Assembly: GCA_963755915.1 (NCBI GenBank)
Contig: CAVWLP010000003.1
Coordinates: 160,001-224,000 of the forward strand
From: an uncultured Phycisphaerales bacterium
Lineage (GTDB): Bacteria; Planctomycetota; Phycisphaerae; Tepidisphaerales; Tepidisphaeraceae
Direction of reading: 5' to 3'
Length of the DNA: 64,000 nt
Below, one piece after another: positions 54,499 through 63,127 of the stretch. Position 1 is the stretch's first letter; each line of letters opens with the position of its first letter. The position numbers and the translations under genes are program-made. Under the pieces are notes generated by a model. It saw only the letters and a program-made list of their open reading frames with translations. It did no database searches and had not been told where the DNA came from.

Positions 54499-54608
54499 GA
54501 TATAGGACGCGAAGAAATAAGGGACCACAGATTACGCGGATGGACGCGGATAAAGCCAAATAAATCGTTTCTGAATTCTTATCCGCGAAATCCGTGAAAT
54601 CCGCGGTT
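54499..54608 (+). repeat. family F long inverted-repeat element (other copies 56682-56816, 59149-59287)
   Basis: accacagattacgcggatggacgcggat ... atccgcgaaatccgtgaaatccgcggtt; copies 1 and 2 also share flank and spacer sequence. Confidence 0.8.
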
Positions 54609-54846
54609 CAATCGTATTTCATGGCGACCTCAATTGAAGGCAGAATGTCGGTAGCGCACAAATCGGACCCCCTCCCTAACCCGCGCTGCGCGAGAGAGTA
54701 GAGCAGTTGAGAGTAGAACAGTAGAAAAATACAAATCTCAGGCGATAGTGGGGGTGGGGAAATGAGGGGCGCGCGGCAGGTCTCTTCTTCGCGCTCTTCG
54801 CGTCTTGGCGGTTAAAAATCTGCTTTCCGATCCGGCGAATTGGGGT

Positions 54847-55516
54847 TCACTTCTCGGTTCTGCCTCTGGCTAGGGCGCACTGTCCATGCCTTGTCAACTT
54901 CCACAACGGCACTGCGAGTGCCGCCCCCAGAATTGGCGCGGTGAGATAAACCCACAGTCCGGCGAGATGCCCCGACACGACGGCGGGCGCGAGAACGGGC
55001 GGGATTCATGGACGCGCCACAAATCGGACCGGCGAACATTGCTTCCAGGCCGATGATCCCGCCCACGGCGATTCCTGCCATCACGCCGGTTTCCTTCGGG
55101 CCGGTGGACACATTCAGGATGACGAGCATAAGCAGGCCGGTCAGGACGGCCTCCAGCGCGAACGATTGCCACGGCGAGCCTGCGGGAATGGTCGCGCCCA
55201 ACGCGGCGCGGTTGCCGAACATGGCGAGCAATGCGCCGCTCGCGACAAACGCCCCAAATAGCTGGGAGACGATGTACGGCACGACGTGCCGGGTGGGAAG
55301 ACGACGCGACAGCCAAAAGCCAATGGTCACCGCCGGGTTTAAGTGGGCGCCCGATACATCGCCAAACGTGTAGATCATCGCCATCACAATCAGGCCGAAG
55401 GTCATGGCGACCCCGACATGCGTAACGGCATGGGTCAGATCGTCAATCACAATCGCGCCGGTGCCCGCGAACACCAAGGCAAACGTCCCTATGGCCTCCG
55501 CAACGTAGCGTCTCAT
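54847..55516 (-). CDS. MIP-family aquaporin, probable arsenite channel (frameshift near 54990)
   Basis: SGAHLNPAVT and SMNPARS motifs; ATGA-coupled to arsC. Confidence 0.9.
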
Positions 55517-55938
55517 TCGGGAATCCACTTTCGCATGGCTTCATCAATTTCATCGCGAACGCGGCGAAATACTTCGAGCCGTTCGGATTCGCTTCCGGCG
55601 GCGGCGGCAGGGTCATCAAACGGCATGAAGGTTCGGGAGAACGCGCCGGGCCAGAGGCGCGGGCAGGACTGATTGGCATTATCGCAAACGATCAGCACGT
55701 GGCGCACCGGCGACTTGCCCAGAAAATCGCGGACATCTTTGGGCCGCCGGCCGCTGATGTCGATTCCGATTTCGTTCATCACCCGCACGGCCAGCGGATG
55801 TACCTCTGACTTTGGCTGTGTGCCGGCACTGGCGGCAGAGAAGTCATCCGCTTTGTACTTCTTCAAGAATGCCTCGGCCATCTGGCTACGCGCGGAATTG
55901 CCCGTACACAGCACCAGGATCATGGGTTTGTCATCCAT
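55513..55938 (-). CDS. arsC: thioredoxin-type arsenate reductase (LMW-PTP fold)
   Basis: CTGNSARSQMAE, VCDNANQSCP redox pair, FDDP, RVRDEI. Confidence 0.9.
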   Translation of the reverse strand: MDDKPMILVLCTGNSARSQMAEAFLKKYKADDFSAASAGTQPKSEVHPLAVRVMNEIGIDISGRRPKDVRDFLGKSPVRHVLIVCDNANQSCPRLWPGAFSRTFMPFDDPAAAAGSESERLEVFRRVRDEIDEAMRKWIPE

Positions 55939-55996
55939 ACGGATTTCCGGATAAAGCCACGCGGCGGTTGTGAACCTGCCGCGTGGGAAATGCTGT

Positions 55997-56074
55997 CTAC
56001 TTTTTGGTTCCGCACGGACAGCCGGGCGGACACTCCGGACAGCAAGAGCAGCAGGTGCAGGACAAAGCAGTCAT
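55997..56074 (-). CDS. 25-aa Cys-rich metallothionein-like peptide MTALSCTCCSCCPECPPGCPCGTKK
   Basis: Translated by hand (below the ORF-track cutoff); GAGGTG RBS, ATG..TAG, 8 Cys; first ORF after a MerR-type promoter. Confidence 0.75.
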   Translation of the reverse strand: MTALSCTCCSCCPECPPGCPCGTKK

Positions 56075-56141
56075 GGCACACCTCATGGTTAGAGACGGCC
56101 CGGAAGCCATCGCGCGATGGCACAGTTCCGAACCTTGTCAC

Positions 56142-56173
56142 AGTGTAGAGGTTGCACCTTAGTGCAAGGTCAA
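56142..56173 (-). promoter_or_regulatory. MerR-type promoter/operator
   Basis: TTGACC-20bp-TACACT with dyad TTGCAC-TAAG-GTGCAA in the spacer; overlaps the merR stop codon. Confidence 0.85.
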
Positions 56174-56616
56174 GGGCTTGCGCGTAGAACAGCGCGGCGA
56201 CGTGCAAATCGCGGATTTGCCGGTCTTGATTCGCTCGATTTCGTTGCACCAGTCGGGGCCGCCCTTGCAGCAGGATTTCAAGGCAATGGACAAGGCCCGG
56301 TCTATGCGCTTCAATTCGCCGAGGCGCTGCTTCACATCCGCAAGGCGGCGCTGAATAGCGCGGCGACTTCATCGCATGGCGGTTCATCCGAGTAGGTCAA
56401 TGCGAGCATTTCGCGAACGTCCTTCAAGCTGAATCCGGTCGCCTGCGCGGCGCGGATAAACTTCAGTCGTTCGGCAGCGCGAGAGGTGTACGTGCGGTAG
56501 TTAGCCTGGGTGCGGGCATCCGGCTTTAACAATCCCCGGCGTTCATAGAACCTGACCGTGGAAGTGGGAACGCCGGCAGCCCTGGCAAGCTCGCCAATTG
56601 TCATTGCGTCTTTCAT
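56159..56616 (-). CDS. MerR-family heavy-metal-responsive regulator (frameshift near 56355)
   Basis: TIGELARAAGV..TVRFYERRGLL, GFSL; repaired C-terminus PPC..KSCCKGGPDWC..AICTSPRC. Confidence 0.88.
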
Positions 56617-56884
56617 CGTACCCTGGACATCTTTTGGGCGGGCGCGTCGAAAAGCAAGTTGAAACGGCACGCTTCAAAACAGATATAGGACGAAAAGAAA
56701 TAAAAGACCACGGATTACGCGGATGGACTTCGACGAGCGCTCAGTCGAGCGGCACGGATGAAGACAAAGAAATCGTTTTTGAATTCTTATCCGCGAAATC
56801 CGTGAAATCCGCGGTTGAATTAAATTTCCTGGGGATCTAGATGTAGGGCGGAATGCAGATGGCCCGTGAACCACCCCCCCCTCC

Positions 56885-57865
56885 CTAGCCCTCCCCCGGA
56901 GTACCGGGGGCGGGGAAATATGAGAGGGAGAGTGCGGCGAGTTTTTTCTTCGCGCTCGAATCCGCGTAACGCTGCCAGGCATCTGCATGGCCGGCGGGCT
57001 TTACCCGGCGCCCGTGCAGAATCTCGGCGATAATCTCGACCGTCTCGACGATGGTCGTCCCCGAGCGATTGAAATAGAGATTTCCATCCGCCACGGCGAC
57101 TTGACCGCTTCTGACGGCTTTGAGCTGGTCCCATCCTGGCCGACCCTGGAGCATCGGCAACTCACGAAGCGTTTTCTCGATGGCGTAGCCGCAGGGGGCG
57201 ATGATTAAGTGGTCGGGGTCGGCGTCGCGCACGGATTCCCAGGAAATCGGGCGGGAATATTGTCCCTTTTCTCCAAGCAACAGCCAGCCGTTGGCGGCTT
57301 CGACGAGTTCGGGTCCCCAATTGCCCATTGAAAAGATCGGGTCAGTCCACTCGAGCATGACGACCGTCGGTGTGGGCCGGTCTTGTACCGCTTCCGTGAC
57401 GGCTTGGATGCGGGCTCGCATTTGGGCGACGAGCGTTTCGCCCGCCGCGCCAAGATTCATCGCCTGGGCGACGCTTCTGACGCCTGCAAAGATCCCATCG
57501 ACGGAGCCGGCGGTGAGGGCCAACACCTGCGGGGCGAGGAGGCCGCAACCGGCGCGCTGGACATCCTGCGGCGTGACCGCGCATACCTCGCAGTGCGCCT
57601 GTGCAATCAGCAGATCGGGGCGCAGTTCGCGGATGAGGTCCGAATCCACGTGGTAAAGCGGCTCGCCGGCCTTGAGCCGGCGCCGTACCTCGGCGTCTAT
57701 CTTCACGCTGGGCATGTTGACATCGAACGCCGCCCTGGTGCAGGCCGGCAGCTTTCGGACCCAGGGCGGGTTATCGCATTCATGAGATCGACCCACCAGC
57801 GAATCGCCGGCACCGAGGGCACAGACGATTTCCGTCGCGCTGGCTAGAAGTGAAATCACTCTCAT
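56885..57865 (-). CDS. BtuF-like cobalamin/iron-siderophore ABC substrate-binding protein
   Basis: RVISLLASATEI, GRSHECD, CEVCAV, LEWTDP, DGNLYFNRSG; no signal peptide. Confidence 0.85.
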   Translation of the reverse strand: MRVISLLASATEIVCALGAGDSLVGRSHECDNPPWVRKLPACTRAAFDVNMPSVKIDAEVRRRLKAGEPLYHVDSDLIRELRPDLLIAQAHCEVCAVTPQDVQRAGCGLLAPQVLALTAGSVDGIFAGVRSVAQAMNLGAAGETLVAQMRARIQAVTEAVQDRPTPTVVMLEWTDPIFSMGNWGPELVEAANGWLLLGEKGQYSRPISWESVRDADPDHLIIAPCGYAIEKTLRELPMLQGRPGWDQLKAVRSGQVAVADGNLYFNRSGTTIVETVEIIAEILHGRRVKPAGHADAWQRYADSSAKKKLAALSLSYFPAPGTPGEG

Positions 57866-57879
57866 GGCTGGTTCACCTC

Positions 57880-58602
57880 TTACACCGGTGGAATCATTTC
57901 CGCCACCGGCGCCGGCGACGCTTGCGCTCCCTCGGGCAGAAGGTCGGCATAATATCGGCCGTCCCGGATCACGGTCTCACCCACCCGCACGGCCACGGGG
58001 CGGTGGAAAATGGGGCCGTCGTAAACGAAGGAGTGAAATTCACCGTACTCGCCGCAGGGGTCGATTCCGGGCGGCAGATCGCGCAGAAATTCGGCGTCGA
58101 AGGGCCTGCCGACAAATCCCGGTCCCACCTTCCCCTCAACGCAGGAAATGAAGGCCTTGAATCCCATCGCGATCACCTCGCGGGCTAACTGGGTCGTGTC
58201 CCGCTTCCAAACGGGAAAAACTCCCCGCATACCGGCCTTGGCCAGATTGGCCTCACGCCAGGCCCGAAGGTCTTCCAGAAACAGATCTCCAAAGGCGACG
58301 GTTTGGACGCCCCGCGCCTGAAATTTGGCCAGCGCATCGCCCATGATCTGCTCAAAAATTTCGTTGGTGCAGGGATGGGAGCCGCCGGATGGGAAGTAGA
58401 TTTTTTCCAGGGCGATGCCGAGCGCTTCGGCCTGCTGGTCGAGAAGAATTTCGCGCACGCCGTGATGGCTGATCCTGCGATATTCTTCGGATACAGAAAC
58501 GAGCAGCGCCACGATTTCGTACTGGCCGCTCTTGAGCAGCTCATAAACGGCCATGGCGCTGTCTTTACCGCCGCTCCAGGACATGATCACAGGCGTCTTC
58601 AT
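57880..58602 (-). CDS. PP-loop ATP pyrophosphatase (Dph6/MJ0570 family)
   Basis: SWSGGKDS, FGDLFLED, DPCGEYGEFHSFV. Confidence 0.88.
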   Translation of the reverse strand: MKTPVIMSWSGGKDSAMAVYELLKSGQYEIVALLVSVSEEYRRISHHGVREILLDQQAEALGIALEKIYFPSGGSHPCTNEIFEQIMGDALAKFQARGVQTVAFGDLFLEDLRAWREANLAKAGMRGVFPVWKRDTTQLAREVIAMGFKAFISCVEGKVGPGFVGRPFDAEFLRDLPPGIDPCGEYGEFHSFVYDGPIFHRPVAVRVGETVIRDGRYYADLLPEGAQASPAPVAEMIPPV

Positions 58603-58647
58603 CTACTCTTCTCCCGATGGCACGAACCACGGCTCGCTTAACTCTAC

Positions 58648-59040
58648 TTACACGGCCGAGAATTTGTCCAGGCATGACGGACAGAGACAACCTTGGTAAT
58701 CCTGCTCCAGCCGCTTAAGCGTATCGGGGCTGAGGCGAACGGTCTCGCACCAGCAACCGCCATCCGTGCAACAGTCAAAGCCGTTGCCACACTTCGGACA
58801 GACTTTCGCTTGCACGCGTGCGGGACATTCGGCACTGGCAGGCTTACTGTTTGGATACGGACAGTTTCGGCAGCCACTGCCGCAGCACGAGCCGCGAGCG
58901 AGAAGGAAATCGCGCGAGATCGCACCATCCTCGTCAAGAAATGGAAGCAATTGGCCTGCACAAGTTTCACAAACCTCGCGGGACAATGTCTGACGGACCG
59001 CCAGGCACTTTGGGCAGAATCGAAGGATCCTTAGCGGCAT
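58648..59040 (-). CDS. Cys-rich protein (zinc ribbon + DUF5522-like + CWC domain)
   Basis: RGSCCGSGCRNCPY, CPKCGNGFDC..CWC, CLCPSCL. Confidence 0.8.
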   Translation of the reverse strand: MPLRILRFCPKCLAVRQTLSREVCETCAGQLLPFLDEDGAISRDFLLARGSCCGSGCRNCPYPNSKPASAECPARVQAKVCPKCGNGFDCCTDGGCWCETVRLSPDTLKRLEQDYQGCLCPSCLDKFSAV

Positions 59041-59317
59041 TATTTTGCATGTTACCTGCTATCGATATCCGGTCCAGCTTAGAGCGGTTGCGATTGAAAC
59101 GCGTTTAACCGCCAAAACGCCAAGGTCGCCAGGAAAGAAAAGATTTGGAACCGCGGATTGCGCGGATGGACTTCGGCGAGCGCTCAGTCGAGCCGCGCGG
59201 ATAAAGGCAAAGAGACCGTCCTCGAATTCTTATCCGTGCCGGCTCGACTGAGCGCTCGCCGAAGTCCATCCGTGAAATCAGTGGTTATTTTTGTATATTC
59301 TTCGCGCGGTTCGACTG

Positions 59318-59347
59318 CCTTCGGTTCTGAGGCTCAGGCTCGAAGAG
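59318..59347. repeat. 30-bp mini-element family E (CCTTCGG.TC.GAGGCTC.GGCTCGAAGAG); other copies 62271-62330 (outer) and 62289-62318 (inner)
   Basis: Three copies, each exactly 30 bp once nested copies are removed. Confidence 0.85.
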
Positions 59348-59390
59348 AGCTCACCGAAGTCTCTTGGCGTCCTGGTGGTTAAAAATCTTT

Positions 59391-61306
59391 TCAGTTCCGA
59401 CCCAGATGAATCGCCAGCACGGTCACATCCGAGGGCGTGATGCCGCTGATGCGCAGGGCCTGCCCCAAACTGCGGGGATTGAATTTCGTGAACTTCTGCT
59501 TTGCTTCGTTGCGCAGGCCGACGACCCGCGAATAATCCGTGGCCAGCGGGATCAGCTTTGTCTCCAGCTTGGCGAACCGCTCGATTTCGCGGTCCTGGCG
59601 GGCGATGTAGCCTTCGTATTTGATGCGAATTTCCAGACGCTGGGCGACGTCGGGGGAGACGAAGCGGCCAGTTGCGGATAGCGGCGGGTCATCTCTTCAT
59701 GCGCGAAATCCGGGCTGCGGAAAACGGTTTCGGCGCGAAGCTCGCGAATTAACTCGGCGCCGGCGGAAATCGCGTCCCGGCGGGCGGAGAACTGGCGCCA
59801 GCGATGGTCGTCGACCAGGCCGATCTCGCGGCCGATGGGGGTGAGGCGTTCATCGGCGTTGTCGTTGCGAAGATGCAGGCGATGCTCGGCGCGGCTGGTG
59901 AACATGCGATACGGCTCGGTCGGTGGCTTGGTCACCAGGTCGTCGACGAGGACGCCGATGTACGCCTGATCGCGGCGCAGGACGAAATCGGCCTCGCCGC
60001 CGGCGGCATAGCGGGCGGCGTTGATGCCGGCGATGAGGCCCTGGGCGGCGGCCTCTTCGTAGCCGCTGGTGCCGTTGATCTGGCCGGCGAGAAACAGGCC
60101 GGCGATGCGCTTGGTTTGGAGCGTGCTTTGGATCTGCGTCGGCCAGACCATGTCGTATTCGACGGCATAGCCATAGCGGAGAAATTTCGCGTGCTCCAGG
60201 CCGGGGATCAGGCGGACGATGTGTTCCTGCACGTCGGCCGGGAGCGAAGTGCTGATGCCGTTGCAGTAGATTTCGTCGGTGTCGAGGCCTTCGGGCTCGA
60301 GGAAAATCTGATGGCGATCCTTGTCGGCGAAGCGGACGACCTTGTCTTCGATGCTGGGGCAATAGCGCGGGCCGGTGCTTTGAATCTGGCCGGTGTACAT
60401 CGGGGCGCGGTGGAGATTCTGGCGGATGATTTCGTGGATTTCCTGGCACGTGCCGGTGATCCAGCAATTCACCTGCGGCAGCGGAGGGGACCATTCACCC
60501 GCATATTCATTCAAATAGGAAAACGGCGCGGGCCGCTCGTCGCCGGGCTGGTTTTCGAAGGCCGGAAAATCGATCGACTGCCGCTGCAAGCGCGGCGGGG
60601 TGCCGGTCTTGAGGCGGCCCATTTCCAGGCCGAGGTTTTGGAGGCAGGCGGTCAGGCCAGAGGCGGCAGCTTCGCCGACGCGGCCGCCTTCGGTTTGTTT
60701 TTCGCCGGTGTGCATGAGGCCGCGGAGGAAGGTGCCGGTGGTGACGATTGCGGCGCGGCAATGGAGGTGGGTGCCGTCTTTGAGGATGATGGCGCTGACG
60801 GCGGGAGTTGTGCTCGTGCCGAATCCACTGTGTGAGTTTTGGGCTTTGAATTCCGCCGGTGAGGACACCGGCGGCACTCTGGTTGCCGGCGAAGTTGTGG
60901 AGGGAAAAGTAGAGCAGAAGGGCGAGGTGCAAATCTCGGCGACTTCGCCTTGAACGATCGTCAGGTTTGGGCAGGTGTGCAAAAGCTCCTGCACGCGTTT
61001 GGCATATTTGTATTTGTCGGCCTGGGCGCGCGGCCCCCACACTGCCGGGCCCTTGGAGCGATTGAGCATGCGGAACTGAATTCCGGTGTCGTCGGTGGCG
61101 AGGCCCATCAGGCCGCCGAGGGCGTCGATCTCGCGGACCATCTGGCCCTTGGCGAGTCCCCCGATGGCCGGATTGCACGACATCTGGCCGATTTTGGTTT
61201 GGTCCATGGTGATCAGGGCGACGCTGGCGCCGAGGCGGGAGGCAGCCCAGGCGGCTTCGGCGCCGGCGTGACCTCCGCCGATGATGATGATGTCGTAACC
61301 GGCCAT
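59391..61306 (-). CDS. mnmG: tRNA uridine 5-carboxymethylaminomethyl modification enzyme (frameshift near 59660; internal insertion)
   Basis: GGGHAGAEAA, MSCNPAIGG, RLKTGTPPR, GPRYCPSIEDK, AGQINGTSGYEEAAAQG. Confidence 0.96.
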
Positions 61307-63079
61307 TCCTGGACTACCAAGTCCCCAAATTCGTCGTGCCACAAAATCTTTTCGCCATTATAAGAGCGCTGCTCGCGCATGGCCACGATGGTGAGATCGG
61401 GGGGCTGGGGCGGCATTTTTCCCGCGAGGATCAGGGGAATCCTGTCGGCGGCGGGAAGATACTGGCCGATCGGCTCGGAGATCGGCATGGGGACCTCGGC
61501 GGCCTCCCGCCAGCAGAGATAGGTCGGCCACGTTCCGATGTTATCGACCAGGGTATGGGCCGGGGTATTCTGGCGAATCCAGTCACACATTTGTACATAT
61601 TGCGCGGACGGCTCGAAGAGGTTTTCCATCTGCGCCCATCTGCGAAAATCGACGACCGGCGCAACGAAAATTAAGAGCATGCAAATCCACTGGGGCGCTT
61701 TTAGCCTGGCCCCGAGGCAATTGAGCGCGGCTGCCGCGAACATCGCGAGGAAATAATTCAAATCGGCAAGAAATCGAGAGGGGGTAAAAAATCCTGCCGT
61801 CAGGTGAAATGTGGCGGGAATGACATATTCGCCCAGCACAAACATTACCGCCAGCAGGGTCGAGGCGATGATGACGATCGGGTCGAGCCGGATTTTTCGA
61901 GCGAGGGCCAAGGCGATTCCGGCAAGGGCAAAACCGCTGAGCACATATCCCAGCTCGCGCGGAAGAGTGATCAGCGAAAGGATCGGCTCCCCGGCCGTGG
62001 TCATGCCGGTGGAGTGAAACGTGTTTAAATGAGCGGCGTAGGGGATGAGATAAAATGCGTCCAGGAGGATGCCGCAGATGGCGGCGGTGGCCAGGTTGGG
62101 CCAGCGTTTATCCCGGAGGATCTGCCACAAGGCGATGAAGAGCAAAATCGCCGACGCGGTAATCATGACGTGGTGGTGGACGAGAATAGTGGATGCGAAG
62201 AGCAGGGCCATTGCGACGGTTTGGCGATATTTTGTGGCGCTAGCGAACGAACCCCCTCCCCTGCCCTCCCCTCTTCGAGCCTGAGCCTCTCTTCGAGCCC
62301 GAGCCTCAGAGCCGAGGGCAGAGCCGAAGGCCGGATTACCGGGGGCGGGGGAAAGAGTCAGCATCGCGATGAACAGGAGCATCGCCAGTTCATTGGGCAG
62401 CGCCGCCCAGCGGAAATAATCGATGCTTCCATCCCAGGCCCAAAGGCCATAAATGCCCGCGGCATAAATTGCGATGGTTGCGCTGCCACAAACCCGACGT
62501 GCCAGGAGATACATTTGTGCCGTGGTGAGGACGCCCAGCAGCGGTATGAGATCTTTGAAGACGGTGTGCAGGGGCAAGCCGGAAATCCCCGACAAAAGCA
62601 CCAGCAGCACGTGGCTGCCGGTGGGATAATTCAGCGGCACGCCGGCGAAGGGCCAGCGATCGATGGCGTGGTGAGTGAGCTGAATCTGGCGGGCCAGAAT
62701 CAAATGAAACACCGGATCGAGCCACCCCGCGGGCAAAACCCGTGGGAGCGCGACGGCATAACGGCTAACGCCGACGACGACGAGAATCAAAACCAGCCAG
62801 ATTTGCGAAGGATTTCTGCTTGTGCCAGGGGTCGCGCGTGCCCTCACGCAACCCACGATACAGAGGAGCGTAAAAATTCCCCAAACCGGATAAAACAATC
62901 TCAGATCAAAGTGGCTGACAACGGCCCCAAGGTAGACAGCGCCCGCCAGGCCGAGCGAACTTCCAGTCGCAAACCAGTCCAGCCACCCCTCACCAAGCGC
63001 TGAGAGCGCGAGCCAGACAAATGCCCGGGATTAGAAAAAGTGCGGCGGCCGCGAGAAAGCGGATCAGCTCCATCGCCAT
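61213..63079 (-). CDS. multi-TM membrane protein, GT-C-like (frameshift near 62995; in-frame repeat insertion)
   Basis: About 12 TM segments, DPVFH, NYPTGSH, CDWIRQNTP; 3' end uncertain because it overlaps mnmG. Confidence 0.7.
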
Positions 63080-63127
63080 GCGAAAAGAGTGGAAGCGAAG
63101 GAGGGAGGAAATGCAATCGGAGGAATC

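Noticed and set aside
59149-59382. CRISPR array
   Set aside because: The repeats are inverted, nested and irregularly spaced, with no unique equal-length spacers and no cas genes.
59041-59390. Cobalamin riboswitch upstream of the B12-related genes
   Set aside because: No B12-box or conserved core found by eye; the structure there is explained by nested repeats.
1300-63000. About 25 frameshifts (int, brnT, ndvB x8, trpD, nfeD, merR, aquaporin, mnmG and others) as pseudogenes or programmed frameshifts
   Set aside because: They are spread evenly, hit housekeeping genes, often sit in short homopolymers and come with no in-frame stop decay. Uncorrected long-read indels explain them best.
10623-63003. 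Long antisense or alternative-frame ORFs (e.g. 10623-11897, 19924-21813, 30126-31508, 37665-38873, 48678-49934)
   Set aside because: They are shadows of well-supported genes in high-GC DNA, with no recognisable motifs.
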